Part shown: one piece after another, positions 1 to 13,195 of the stretch
How positions within the stretch are numbered: the first letter of the stretch is position 1
Layout: each line of letters starts with the position of its first letter
Notes under the pieces: generated by a model
The model's database searches: none
Told to the model about the DNA's origin: nothing
What the model saw: the letters and a program-made list of their open reading frames with translations, nothing else
Assembly: GCA_951406725.2 (NCBI GenBank)
Contig: OX597835.1
Coordinates: 14,198,001-14,262,000 of the forward strand
Direction: 5' to 3'
Length of the DNA stretch: 64,000 nt
DNA from: Octopus vulgaris
Lineage: Eukaryota
Made by a program: the position numbers and the translations under genes

Positions 1-284
1 TCCCCTTGATTTCTTTTTCTGGGGTATGTTGAAAGAGAAAGTTTACTCAATAAAGATTACAGATTTAAAACACACGAGAGAACGCATTACCAGTCAGTGT
101 GCTTAAATTGATGGCAATATAGACTTATTTAATCAAGTTCACCTGAATTTTGCAAAGCGCATCAAGTTATGCATTGAAAATGATGGAAATCACTTTGAAA
201 ATATTATTTATTATAATTAAATAAAATTGTTTTGTTTTAAAAGTATGTGTTAATTCCCATGTACGCAGACTTTGTGGACACCGT
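1..284 (+). mobile_element. 3' end of a degenerate Tc1/mariner (rosa/DD41D-like) transposon; duplicate of 53989-54272
   Basis: Starts in ...PLDFFFWG coding sequence and ends in the TIR CCATGTACGCAGACTTTGTGGACACCGT; near-identical to 53989-54272. Confidence 0.8.
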
Positions 285-1115
285 CTATTTTGTAAAACAA
301 TACTGAATTAGTTTAAACGTATACAAATGCATAAAAATAATTTTTAATTGAATTAGACATTTGCAAATACTATTAAATTTCATTCAACTCTAAAAAGCAG
401 GTAAAATTGGACAGAACTGACTGGATGACTTGATATATATAATCTATGATATTCTAGTAAGTTTCAAGTTTATAACACCTTGATATCTCATTTTATATGC
501 CTAAGACGTTTATTTTCTATTCTGGTTTTTATATATTTCTATACGTTATATTTGTATCTATAATTTATTTTAAGCCGAAACATAATACGATCCTTGTACG
601 AACGAAAGAACAAGAATGCCCTCTGGAACGTTTATCTTCCACCGGCGTTTGTAATCGATGGTGACATGTGCGATGATTTTGCGACTATCTTATATTTTAC
701 AGAGAAATTGGAAGCCCCGAATGTAAGTCAGCGCTTTATGCATAATTCAATATTCATAGTTCTCTATTTCTAACAGAAATTCTGTCCTCAATAACTATAG
801 ATCTATTTCTAAATGTATTTCTTTTTCTTTTCCTTCATGCACTCCCGTCTGCCTCTTGACAAAGCTTTCTTTCTCCAGCGTTCACCACGTCATCTCGTTA
901 GAGTTAACCAGCCCTTAGCGAAAATTTTGACTGTCCTGATTTTGTTAGCAGCTTTGACGTTCCACGTATCTCAAATTTTATCTAATTTGGTTTGGGGGAG
1001 CAATTGCTTTGAGAAGACACATCTAGTTGCAATGCGGAGCAAGTAAAATTGCCAACATCTGAGGAAGAGTTGTTTGTTTTTTTTTATATTCTGCCTTCAC
1101 GCTATAGTTCTCTAT
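1..1115. repeat. Segmental duplication, copy 1 (matches 53989-55048)
   Basis: Collinear, highly similar sequence with a few substitutions and small indels. Confidence 0.92.
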
Positions 1116-3306
1116 GAACCGAACCGAACCGAACCGAACCGAACCGAACCGAACCGAACCGAACCGAACCGAACCGAACCGAACCGAACCGAACCGAACC
1201 GAACCGAACCGAACCGAACCGAACCGAACCGAACCGAACCGAACCGAACCGAACCGAACCGAACCGAACCGAACCGAACCGAACCGAACCGAACCGAACC
1301 GAACCGAACCGAACCGAACCGAACCGAACCGAACCGAACCGAACCGAACCGAACCGAACCGAACCGAACCGAACCGAACCGAACCGAACCGAACCGAACC
1401 GAACCGAACCGAACCGAACCGAACCGAACCGAACCGAACCGAACCGAACCGAACCGAACCGAACCGAACCGAACCGAACCGAACCGAACCGAACCGAACC
1501 GAACCGAACCGAACCGAACCGAACCGAACCGAACCGAACCGAACCGAACCGAACCGAACCGAACCGAACCGAACCGAACCGAACCGAACCGAACCGAACC
1601 GAACCGAACCGAACCGAACCGAACCGAACCGAACCGAACCGAACCGAACCGAACCGAACCGAACCGAACCGAACCGAACCGAACCGAACCGAACCGAACC
1701 GAACCGAACCGAACCGAACCGAACCGAACCGAACCGAACCGAACCGAACCGAACCGAACCGAACCGAACCGAACCGAACCGAACCGAACCGAACCGAACC
1801 GAACCGAACCGAACCGAACCGAACCGAACCGAACCGAACCGAACCGAACCGAACCGAACCGAACCGAACCGAACCGAACCGAACCGAACCGAACCGAACC
1901 GAACCGAACCGAACCGAACCGAACCGAACCGAACCGAACCGAACCGAACCGAACCGAACCGAACCGAACCGAACCGAACCGAACCGAACCGAACCGAACC
2001 GAACCGAACCGAACCGAACCGAACCGAACCGAACCGAACCGAACCGAACCGAACCGAACCGAACCGAACCGAACCGAACCGAACCGAACCGAACCGAACC
2101 GGAACCGAACCGAACCGAACCGAACCGAACCGAACCGAACCGAACCGAACCGAACCGAACCGAACCGAACCGAACCGAACCGAACCGAACCGAACCGAAC
2201 CGAACCGAACCGAACCGAACCGAACCGAACCGAACCGAACCGAACCGAACCGAACCGAACCGAACCGAACCGAACCGAACCGAACCGAACCGAACCGAAC
2301 CGAACCGAACCGAACCGAACCGAACCGAACCGAACCGAACCGAACCGAACCGAACCGAACCGAACCGAACCGAACCGAACCGAACCGAACCGAACCGAAC
2401 CGAACCGAACCGAACCGAACCGAACCGAACCGAACCGAACCGAACCGAACCGAACCGAACCGAACCGAACCGAACCGAACCGAACCGAACCGAACCGAAC
2501 CGAACCGAACCGAACCGAACCGAACCGAACCGAACCGAACCGAACCGAACCGAACCGAACCGAACCGAACCGAACCGAACCGAACCGAACCGAACCGAAC
2601 CGAACCGAACCGAACCGAACCGAACCGAACCGAACCGAACCGAACCGAACCGAACCGAACCGAACCGAACCGAACCGAACCGAACCGAACCGAACCGAAC
2701 CGAACCGAACCGAACCGAACCGAACCGAACCGAACCGAAGGGAACCGAACCGAACCGAACCGAACCGAACCGAACCGAACCGAACCGAACCGAACCGAAC
2801 CGAACCGAACCGAACCGAACCGAACCGAACCGAACCGAACCGAGACCGAACGAACCGAACCGAACCGAACCGAACCGAACCGAACCGAACCGAACCGAAC
2901 CGAACCGAACCGAACCGAACCGAACCGAACCGCCGCCGCGACGAAGAACCGAACCGAACCGAACCGAACCGAACCGAACCGAACCGAACCGAACCGAACC
3001 GAACCGAACCGAACCGAACCGAACCGAACCGAACCGAACGGAACCGAACCGAACCGAACCGAAGGGAACCGAACCGAACCGAACCGAAGGGAACGGAACC
3101 GAACCGAACCGAACCGAACCGAACCGAACCGAACCGAAGGGAACGGAACCGAACCGAACCGAAGGGAACGGAACCGAACCGAACCGAAGGGAACGGAACC
3201 GAACCGAACCGAAGGGAACGGAACCGAACCGAACCGAAGGGAACGGAACCGAACCGAACCGAAGGGAACGGAACCGAACCGAACCGAAGGAACCCGAACC
3301 GAACCA
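1116..3306. repeat. (GAACC)n pentanucleotide satellite, ~2.2 kb, degenerating into GAAGGGAACG variants at the 3' end
   Basis: Direct reading; accounts for the spurious EPNRT/FGSVR ORFs. Confidence 0.98.
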
Positions 3307-3624
3307 TTGTCTATAAAGCATACAATGTAGAGGAAAAAAGATTTGAACACCTGGAGGCCGAAAGGGGCCGAAGGGAAGGGGGAAATATATTGATAACGCT
3401 AGTGGTGACAATGCTCAAAATATATAACAGACTGGAATTGTAGGCCCGTCTCTTGCAATTTCGACCAATTGTATTTTGTCCTCCCCCTGGTGTAGAAGTG
3501 TGGCTACAATCCATCCTACTTCTTCGGGGGTATCTTTCATAGTCGCACCAAGACACTTTTCGATGGTGCTTTCCTCCAGGTGTTCAAATCTTTTTTCCTC
3601 TACATTGTATGCTTTATAGACAAT

Positions 3625-5090
3625 TGTATATATAGGTATGTAAATATATACAAATTATAAAAACGTATACAAATTGTATATTTGTATATAATTGGTATAT
3701 ATTTATATATATGTATATGAAGATGTGCGAATTACATATATGAAGATATACAAATTATATACTTGCATAGGAATATCTACAAATTATATATATGTATATG
3801 AAGATGTGCGAATTACATATATGAAGATATACAAATTATATACTTGCATAGGAATATCTACAAATTATATATATGTATATGAAGATGTGCGAATTACATA
3901 TATGAAGATATACAAATTATATACTTGCATAGGAATATCTACAAATTATATATATGTATATGAAGATGTGCGAATTACATATATGAAGATATACAAATTA
4001 TATACTTGCATAGGAATATCTACAAATTATATATATGTATATGAATATATACAAATTATATATATGTATATGAATATATACAAATTATATATGTGTATAT
4101 GAATATATACAAATTATATATATGTATATGAATATATACAAATTATATATATGTATATGAATATATACAAATTATATATATGTATACAAATATATACAAA
4201 TTATATATATGTATACAAATATATACAAATTATATATATGTATACAAATTATATATATGTATATAAACGTATACAAATTATATATATGTATATAAATGTA
4301 TACAAATTATATATATGCATACAAATATATACAAATTATATATATGTATATAAATATATACAAATTATATATATGAATATAAATATATACAAATTATATA
4401 TCTGTATACAAATATATACAAATTATATATCTGTATACAAATATATACAAATTATATATCTGTATACAAATATATACAAATTATATATATGTATACAAAT
4501 TATATATATGTATATAAACGTATACAAATTATATATTTGTATATAAACGTATACAAATTATATATTTGTATATAAATGTATACAGATTATATATTTGTAT
4601 ATAAATGTATACAGATATATATAATTATATATATAATTTGTATATATTTATATACATATATATAAATATATACAAATTATATATATGTATATAAATATAT
4701 ATATAATTTGTATATATTTATATACATATATATAAATATATACAAATTATATATTTGTATATGAATATATACAAATTATATATATGTATATGAATATATA
4801 CAAATTATATATATGTATATAAATATATACGTATATATGTATATAAATGTATACAAATTATATATATGTATACAAATTATATATATGTATATAAACGTAT
4901 ACAAATTATATATATGTATATAAATGTATACAAATTATATATATGTATATAAATATATACAAATTATATATATGTATATAAATATATACAAATTATATAT
5001 ATGTATATAAATATATACAAATTATATATATGTATATAAATGTATACAAATTATATATATTTATATGTATATATATATATATATACATAT

Positions 5091-5123
<33 letters not shown>

Positions 5124-5150
5124 GTATATATATATAAATGTATACAATGT
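3625..5150. repeat. AT-rich 29/23-bp minisatellite (TATGAATATATACAAATTATATATATGTA family) with an ~81-bp higher-order unit x4 at ~3705-4040
   Basis: Direct reading; the 27-aa periodicity of the 3692..4102 ORF equals 81 bp. Confidence 0.92.
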
Positions 5151-5155
5151 ATACA

Positions 5156-5212
5156 CTGTCCAAGCCTTGCTAGCACGGAAAACGGCCGTTAGACGATGAT
5201 GATGATGATGAT
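5156..5212 (+). mobile_element. Retroposon 3' end with (GAT)n tail (same family as the minus-strand copy at 23441-23740)
   Basis: TCCAAGCCTTGCTAGCACGGAAAACGGCCGTTAGACGATGATG resembles the reverse complement of ~23445-23498. Confidence 0.6.
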
Positions 5213-6036
5213 TCTCCGTATTTTTTTCTCTCTCCTTTCTCTCACTTTCCCACTCTCTTAGTTTTCTTATCTCTCGGACTCTTCCTTGCTTTCTCTTACT
5301 CTCTATCTTTATCTATCTCTCTCCCATTTATAAACAACAGAAGATCTTGAGTAAGTTGAGAAATAAAATATTTAGAAAGATCAATCAGAAATATGAGGCA
5401 GTGATAATGGAAAAGTCTGCTTCAAGGCAGACAGCAAAATGCTAACATTTAAAAGGGACAGACGGACTTGCGAGCTGAAGAAAAATAATAAAATATTGGA
5501 AACCAAAGTTTGAAGGGATAGAATCTGAGGATAGTAGAGTCACCATGGCTGGCACTTCTTAACGACGGACAGCAATGTAGTGACAGTTTAACGACTGGCG
5601 TAAAATTTTCAACTTGATGTAAAAGAAAATTCGTAAACACCAAGTTTTGAAGTGATTCTTTCTCACGACAGTAGACTCACCATGGACTCTTTATCATGGA
5701 CTCTTTATCATGGACTCTTTATCATGGACGGCAACACATTGACGATTAAAAGGCTGGCGCAAATTTTTTAGCTTGATGTAACAGAGAATTCCTAAACACC
5801 CGCTCCTTTAAATTTTAATCCCATTCCAGCCCCATTTAGACCACTTTTCACATTTTGGTTAACATAACCCGATTTCATTCGGGTCTACTGGGGCCACATT
5901 TTATAAGATGAGGAATTTTGTCCTAGAGGTGACGCCTTTCATTTGAGGAAAAAAATAGTTGTCATGCAAACTTGCCAGCACTTTTAACATAGGTATGCAT
6001 ATTTTCAGCTGAATCGACCGACTACGTAATGCACAC

Positions 6037-6112
<76 letters not shown>

Positions 6113-6397
6113 CACGCATTATATATACAAATGTATACAAATGAGATATAGATCTGTATAAATTAAATTAGAGATAAAACCACTAATAGGCAAATCAAAC
6201 AGTGAAAAACCAACCTCCCCCTCTCCGCCGCCGAGCGCTCTCTCCTCAGTAAGGGTCTCCGCTTCACGCCACTCACGCGCCACTGTGATGAGTTCGAGAC
6301 TCGGGCGGACGTCAACTTGTTCCTGCGCCGCCTCAAACTTTGCGCATACTACCACGCATACTACAATTCCGTTTTTATTTTGGTTTACAATTATGTG

Positions 6398-6533
6398 GTA
6401 CTTATTTAATCGACCCCGAAAGGATGAAAGGCAAAGTTGACCTCGGCGGAATTTGAACTCAGAACGTAACGGCAGACGAAATACGGCTACGCATTTCGCC
6501 CAGTGTGCCAACGTTTCTGCCAGCTCGCCGCCT
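6398..6533 (-). mobile_element. tRNA-derived SINE (head GGCGGCGAGCTGGCAGAA family), 3'-truncated
   Basis: A/B-box-like head (GAGTTCAAATTCC) followed by the conserved GCCTTTCATCCTTTCGGGGTCGAT core; multiple copies in the window. Confidence 0.8.
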
Positions 6534-6844
6534 TCTGAAAAGTAAAATAGGTTCAGCACAGAATGGGTCTTAACTTTCACACTAGCAAGAACTATGTTGG
6601 TAAATTTTATATTTGAGAAGACCATGTGACACTGTTAACGTCTAGAAAACAGCTATCATCTAGCGGCTTCGTGGTAAAGGAGGTTACGTTAAGTATTCGT
6701 TCCAGATTTTTGGGTAACGTGTTATTTTTAGAAATATGTTGTTATCTCTGCCTTTCTTACTAGTTAGTATTTGGTTTCGTAACATTTATACAAAACTGTC
6801 TACTTTTTTTATCAGTAATGTGTACCAAGTGTTGGATTCATTTG

Positions 6845-7021
6845 GGTAAATTTTGATATTAACACCCCCACGATTTTCAATAGGAAAAAAAATTTACAGA
6901 AGACTACCGAGAACCACGTGGAGATGAAATGGTTGCATTTCGACCGGGAGCACCAAGACTGGGATAGTATAGCCCTTTTCCTTTAAGTTAAGACGATTAC
7001 ACACACACACACAGATATATG

Positions 7022-7098
<77 letters not shown>

Positions 7099-7180
7099 TC
7101 TTGGTAGTCTTCCGTAATTGTAGTCTTGGTAGTCTTCCGTAATTTTTTTCTTAGTGAAAATCTTAGTAACAAAATTTACC
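6845..7180. mobile_element. MITE-like element with imperfect long inverted ends and an internal CA/TA/TG microsatellite
   Basis: GGTAAATTTTG..GATTTTC..TTACAGAAGACTACC mirrored by GGTAGTCTTCCGTAA..GAAAATC..CAAAATTTACC; no TSD seen. Confidence 0.55.
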
Positions 7181-7429
7181 GCAAAATATGCACGTGTTTG
7201 GAGCATCAAAGAAAGGGGATGCCATGACAGAATCAGTAAATGGTTTACAGCATAAAAGAAATCACTTTAAACTTGCTAAAAGAATATTTGGGATGCCTTA
7301 TCTCTACCAAATATCAAACCAGATGTTTTCTGTAAGATCAATTTTGAGGATCTGATCAAAGTCTGAGGATCTGATCAAAGTCATTTTCATGTGACACTGC
7401 AAAAAATTGTTGTTGACAGACTTCGGCAG

Positions 7430-7643
7430 ATATTGTTTTCACCTCAATAGACGTCATGGATTGGTTGAAATTGCCGAAAATTAAGAAATTAAAGAGGAAA
7501 TAGCTTACAAACTACAGAATTTTCTCAAGAAAGCCAAGAGAAAAAGATGTTTTATAAACACATTCTACCAGTATACGAAGTTTAAAAGTGTTTAGTTGCA
7601 AAGAAATTATTTTTAAAATCTGCCGGTCAAAGCGAAAAGATCC
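7430..7643. mobile_element. Truncated right arm of the 11906-12625 MITE family
   Basis: Similar to 12415-12625 and ends ...AAAAGATCC. Confidence 0.7.
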
Positions 7644-8547
7644 ACCCCTCAAAAAAAAACATTAAACAATGGAAAATACTTTTCAATATCTTCACTTAGC
7701 AAAATAAGGTGTAAGAAATAGGATCACGCTTATCGTATCGTGTAGGAAATACGATTGCACGCGGTTCTATTCTTAACGAATTATTCAAAAGCCATAAAAT
7801 ACATATAACGACGATAGGACATAAGTGAATTGACACAAGTCTTCTGTTGGTAGATAAATATTTATTTCACATATTTTATAATCATGCGGATTTTAAGAGT
7901 TCGTAAACGTTAGCACGTTTTGTGTCTGTGTGTTCCGGTGGCGTGAAGCATACCCAAAGGTACTGAACATAGAATTAACAATGGCATTTAGTTTACCATT
8001 CATAGGGCAAGATGCTGGAATCTACTCAGAGACAATCGCATATCTGTAAGTTGAGCAGCAGGGGTCTAAGTTAGCTCTTAGAAGAACTGGAAACTAAGAC
8101 CCCAAGTGTCTGTGAAATCCTGCTTATATACTGTTTGGTTGGCTCACCGAACCCCAGAAAATGGAATTTTAACCGAAAGTCTTGATTGGCTGATTCGCAA
8201 TTATGGCGCGAAATAAGTCGAGACAATTCGCGTCACGTGTCGATCAGTGGCGCGGACCTCGTAGGGACCCTCGTGTTACATGTCACCCAGTGGCGCGAAA
8301 CACGTAGAGACCACTCGTGTCCTGTCAGCCAATCAAATTAGTGTTTAGAACAAGAACAGGTTGACCAAAGATGGTTGTAACCTCAAACGAGATCATTCCT
8401 GCCTTGCCTTTCACACAGTGAAGATATTAGCAATCGCTAAGTCATTTTTCACAATTGCTGAAACTGCCACGCTACAAAGGCGACGAACTTGCAGACTTGT
8501 TACCGCTCTGGACAAAATGCTTAAACCAATAATATACCTTAGCAAAT

Positions 8548-9380
8548 GAGGCGGCGAGCAGTTAGAGCCGTTAGCACATCGGACAAAATGCTTAGCGGCA
8601 CTTCATCCGTCGTCACGTTTTGCATTTAAGATCTGCTGAAGTCGACTTTGTCTTTGAACCTTTTTCAATAACAACATTTAACAAAAACATCTTTAAATGA
8701 TTATTCCGACCGGCTGCCAAGCAAATGGGAAGCAGTAATTGAAGTAGATGGTGAATATGCTCCGGAATATTCATTTAAAGATGTTTTTGTTAAATTTTGT
8801 TATCGTTTTTTGTTGAATAAAATCTACTGAAAAAAAAAAAAAGCCGCAATAATTATGCACCAACCTAATAATTAACTGGATGAGGTGATGATTAACAAGA
8901 GGAAAAGTCATGTGGCTACATCTCAGTATTAGTGATTTGCTTAAAGCGGCGAGCTGGCAGAATCATTCGCACACCGGACAAGATGCTCAGTGGCATTTCG
9001 TCTGTCTTTATATTCTGAGTTCAAATTCCACTGAGGTCGACTTTGCCTTTCACCCTTGCAGGGTCGATAAAATAAATACCAGTTATGCACTGGGATCAAT
9101 GTAATCTACTTACCCACTTCCCCGAAATTGCTAGCCTTGTGCCAAAATTTGAGACCAATATGTGTGATCTGCTTCAGGCAGTGAGCAGACAGAATCGTTA
9201 GCACGACGGACAAAGTGCTCAGCGGCTTTTTGTCCGTCTTCATATTCTCCGTTCAAAATTCCGCTGAGGTTGACTTTGACTTTTATCCTTTCAGGGTCGA
9301 TTAAATAAGTACCAGTTGAGCAATCGACACTAATCCCCTCCCTCGAAATTGCCGGCCTTGTGCCAAAATTCGAGTACTGC
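8548..9380 (+). mobile_element. Cluster of three SINE copies (~8548-8660, ~8945-9160, ~9176-9375) plus a mariner 3' fragment (~8700-8870)
   Basis: Repeated SINE head/core. The fragment encodes ...DRLPSKWEAVIEVDGEY and ends in a mariner-like TIR ATGCACCAACCTAATA. Confidence 0.7.
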
Positions 9381-9748
9381 ACTCAAGGCAAAGTCCCTAC
9401 AATATTACATGGTATTAGAGCAGGTAACAACAGAAAGGGAGGGGAGGAGGGAGAGAAAGAAACAGAGAGAGAGAATTGAGAGAGGGAGGGAGGGAAAGAC
9501 AGACAGAGAAAGAGAGTAATTGGTAAAAAAGTAAGTTAAACTTAGACAAATAAGTTGTATGTATATTCCGTATTGCTTTTATTAGATGCATTCATGGCTG
9601 ATTGGTTAAGAAGCTCGCTTTGTAATCAAGTGGTTTCGGGTTTAATTACACTGAGCGGCACTTTGGACAGATGTCATCTACTGTAGCCCCAGGCCGACCG
9701 ACGCCTTGTGAGTGAATTTGGTAAATCGATATCATGTGGAAGCTTGTC

Positions 9749-9780
<32 letters not shown>

Positions 9781-10093
9781 CACACACATATAGGTGTATA
9801 AAGGTTGAATGTGGATTCGTTTTTTTAATTGGAGGTTTCCAAAAAGATTCCTAATGTTGATTCTTCATACTTTGGTGGAAGTTTACAGGCGTAAATTTGC
9901 GAAGATATGAAAGTAGTACTTGTATATAATGTTTGATGAATTTATGGAACTTCGTTCCATAAATCCCATCAATTTTGTTAAGATTGGAGGAAGCAAGTTG
10001 TTAAAACTCCATATAAATTTTAACAACTTGTTTCCTCCATTCTTAACAAAATTAATGGGATTTATGCAACTTCATTCCATAAATTCATCATAC

Positions 10094-10150
<57 letters not shown>

Positions 10151-10162
10151 GTATATATATGT

Positions 10163-10451
10163 GTAGGTCCCGGGTTGAGTCGGGGTTAACCACAGTAAAT
10201 AAGGTACTCAATACATAGCAGAGTAAAGTAATTTATTTTATAGAAGGAGCTTCTACAGGACTAGAACTGTTTCATTCAGATGAAATCTTCAGGAAGCTGG
10301 CTGTCAAAATAAGTTCTGGTTTTTATGCATTTAGGCAGATTTAATGGAGTGGTGGTGGGGGACGTTTTTTGGGTAGGTTGGTATTTATTTTGACAGCCAG
10401 CTTCCTGAAGATTTCATCTGAATGAAACAGTTCTAGTCCTGTAGAAGCTCC

Positions 10452-10460
<9 letters not shown>
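10163..10460. mobile_element. Penelope-like terminal-repeat fragment in inverted arrangement
   Basis: Perfect ~72-bp inverted repeat (10241-10312 vs 10385-10456) containing a hammerhead core, bounded by (TA)n tracts. Confidence 0.6.
10399..10449 (+). ncRNA. Putative type I hammerhead ribozyme (mirror copy at 10248-10298 on the minus strand)
   Basis: Stem I AGCTTC/GAAGCT; core CTGAAGA; stem II (T)TTC-ATCT-GAA(T); GAA; stem III ACAG/CTGT; cleavage triplet GTA. Confidence 0.6.
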
Positions 10461-10495
<35 letters not shown>

Positions 10496-11639
10496 TATGT
10501 ACATATATATATATATACATACATACATACACACGCAACATACAGAGAGAGAGAGAGAGAAGGAGAGACATTACACATGTACAAATTAGAACATAATTAG
10601 ATACACAGACACATAAACAGAGAGAGAGGCGGGGAAGAGATAAAGAAACATTAAAACGTCTGATGTCAAATAAGCCAGCGTCTCAGCGGCGCCAAAACGG
10701 CTGCGCTGAAACGTCTCATATTCCATTTTATTTCACTAAATAGGTATTTGAAGAGGATATGAATGTATCGCAATCTCATTTCACTCCGACATCAGTGACA
10801 CTGAATCTATGTCACAAATTTTTTTTTATCAGTTGTATTTGTTAATGATAAGCTCAAACTTTTCCATAAAATCTCACAAACATTGCAGTGAAATAAAAAA
10901 AACACCTGAACTTCAAGCACGTAAACTTTCCATATACCTTTTTAAATTACAGCGCCGCCATCTCTTCAAAATTGATGACCAACACTATCATCTGGAATAC
11001 CCGAAAAAATGTATCTTTTCGATTTGTGTTGAATAATTTATCGGTCAAAAGAAACATTACACGTTTTGTTTGACCTATTTCACTTACATCTGATATTATT
11101 TTTCCTCTCTGAGATAATTCACTGATTCAGCTATTTGTTCTTGGTATTTGTTCATTGTTTCAGCTATTTGTTCTAGGCCACTAAACTATCTACTAATTTC
11201 TACTTAGTTCAGTATTTCACTACTGATTTTATATCGGCTGTTTTGCTTCAGAGCGCAGCACATAGCTTATAATAAAGATAGGATATCACTATATAGGCAT
11301 TCCTCACTTACATCGTTAATTAGACACGAAGTCAAAAAACGACTTAAGTCGAATTAACTTGTCTCTTGGCTAGGCTAGGCCGAATTTACTTGTCTTTGGG
11401 CTAAACTGATAATAACCACTCCCAGTTCTGTACTTTATTTATGAATGCATTGTCAATAATAAATGTTTAATAAAAACATATTTTAAGCTTACAAACAAAA
11501 AATAGAAACATTATCTACATATTCTGAGAGGGGAGAACTAACGTTTAAAGTGTTGGAAAAAAATATGCTGGTGTTGGTATTGTTACAAATGTTTTTAATA
11601 TTTGACCATTGAAAAGCTGTCAGAATCATTTGCACACAG

Positions 11640-11810
11640 GAGAAAATACTTAGACATTTCGTCCGTCTGAATTAAAATTCTGCAGAGATGACTTTATTTC
11701 GCATCCTCTCGGAGTCGATCAAGTAACTACCAGTTGAGCACTGGGGTCGATGTAATCGACTAACCCCCTCCTCTAAAATGTCAGGCCTTGTGTCCATAGC
11801 GGAAAGGAAA
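11640..11810 (+). mobile_element. Degenerate SINE copy
   Basis: Core ...GTCGATCAAGTAACTACCAGTTGAGCACTGGGGTCGATGTAATCGACTTA shared with other copies. Confidence 0.65.
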
Positions 11811-11905
11811 AAATATTTGTTCTGAACTACTCAACTGTCTACTTTCTTGATTTCAAATCTCAAACATAGTCATCTTTGTCTTTCAGCCTTTTTAAGACTC
11901 AATTG

Positions 11906-12625
11906 GGATCTTTTCCTTTTGAACGGCACTTTGTAACATAATATGTTGTAACATATTTCATCTTTAATTTCGAGCATTTCGGCAATTTTAACCAATCGCT
12001 GACCTCCATTTAGGTAAATAACATTCTGTGCACAATGAATATGTCCCTCCTTTAAGAAACAGATTGGGTTTATTTACATTTGTGAAGAAAAAAAATACCC
12101 TTCCCCAACCCTTACCCTAACTAACTAACTTTAACCCTAAATCTAAAATAGATTGAAATGCAATAGATCGATACTAGGGCCATAATTATGAGTGACATTT
12201 TCATTTGACACCGCTAGAAAAAAATCAATATCCCGTAGCGGTGTCGTATGAAATTATCACCCATAATTATAACCCTAGTATCGATCTATTGCATTTCAAT
12301 CTATTTTAGATTTAGGTTTAGAGTTAGGGTTAGGGGGAGGGTATCTTTCTTTCTTCACAAATGTAAATAAACCCACTCTGTTTCTTAAAGGAGGGACATA
12401 TTCATTATGCACAGAATGTTATTTACCTAAATGGAGGTCAGCGATTGGTTAAAATTGCCGAAATGCTCGAAATTAAAGACGAAATATGTTACGACATATA
12501 GAATTTTCTCAATAAAGCCAAGAAAAATGATGTTTTATAAACACATTCTATCAGTATACGAAGTTTAAAAGTGTTTAGTTAACTAGAAATTGTGTTGAAA
12601 AGTGCCGTTCAAAAGGAAAAGATCC
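11906..12625. mobile_element. Foldback MITE, Merlin-type (GG..CC ends, 8-bp TSD)
   Basis: TIR GGATCTTTTCCTTTTGAACGGCAC; nearly palindromic body; TSD CTCAATTG/CGCAATTG; internal TAACCC/TTAGGG motifs. Confidence 0.8.
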
Positions 12626-13088
12626 CGCAATTGTCTGTACGTCTTACTTTTAAATCATGTATCTGTAATTTCGCCTTGTCATATTGTATCCCGCTGAAAT
12701 GGCCTATGAATTGCGTTAGAATTTGTATTTGTGGAATATTCACTCAAATCAACGTTAATTTCCAGAGTAGAAATAGTTAATTATATGCTTGTTTATCACC
12801 ACAGACGAAGAATCTACCATATTCACTTACAAAGTGTTGGTCTTATGTCAAAGTAGAATATGTTAGTTTTTCGTGAAGAGGAGAAAACGGATGTTTTGGA
12901 CAAACATTTCTCATTTCTTCCATTTTGTGAACTTTTTCTACTTACTATTTGCAAAAACATAGACCATCACTAGTTCCCTACGGTTTCACGAAGAAATCGT
13001 TAGTTGACCACTGTAATTGAGGCGCTGCTTGAAAAGATTTTGACTATTTTCGTGAATAAATTCAGAAAAATATCTCTCTCGCACTCTC

Positions 13089-13089
13089 C

Positions 13090-13150
<61 letters not shown>

Positions 13151-13195
13151 CCTGTCTGTCTGTCTGGCTATCTATCTATATATCTATCTACCTAT
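13089..13195. repeat. (TATC)n microsatellite
   Basis: Direct reading. Confidence 0.95.

Noticed and set aside
1023-3443. Five 730-790 aa ORFs (EPNRT / FGSVR repeats)
   Set aside because: Automatic consequence of a stop-free pentamer satellite open in all frames; no coding evidence
12105-12340. Telomeric TTAGGG/CCCTAA repeats (also ~19405-19425, ~16160)
   Set aside because: Only a few degenerate units, internal to MITEs
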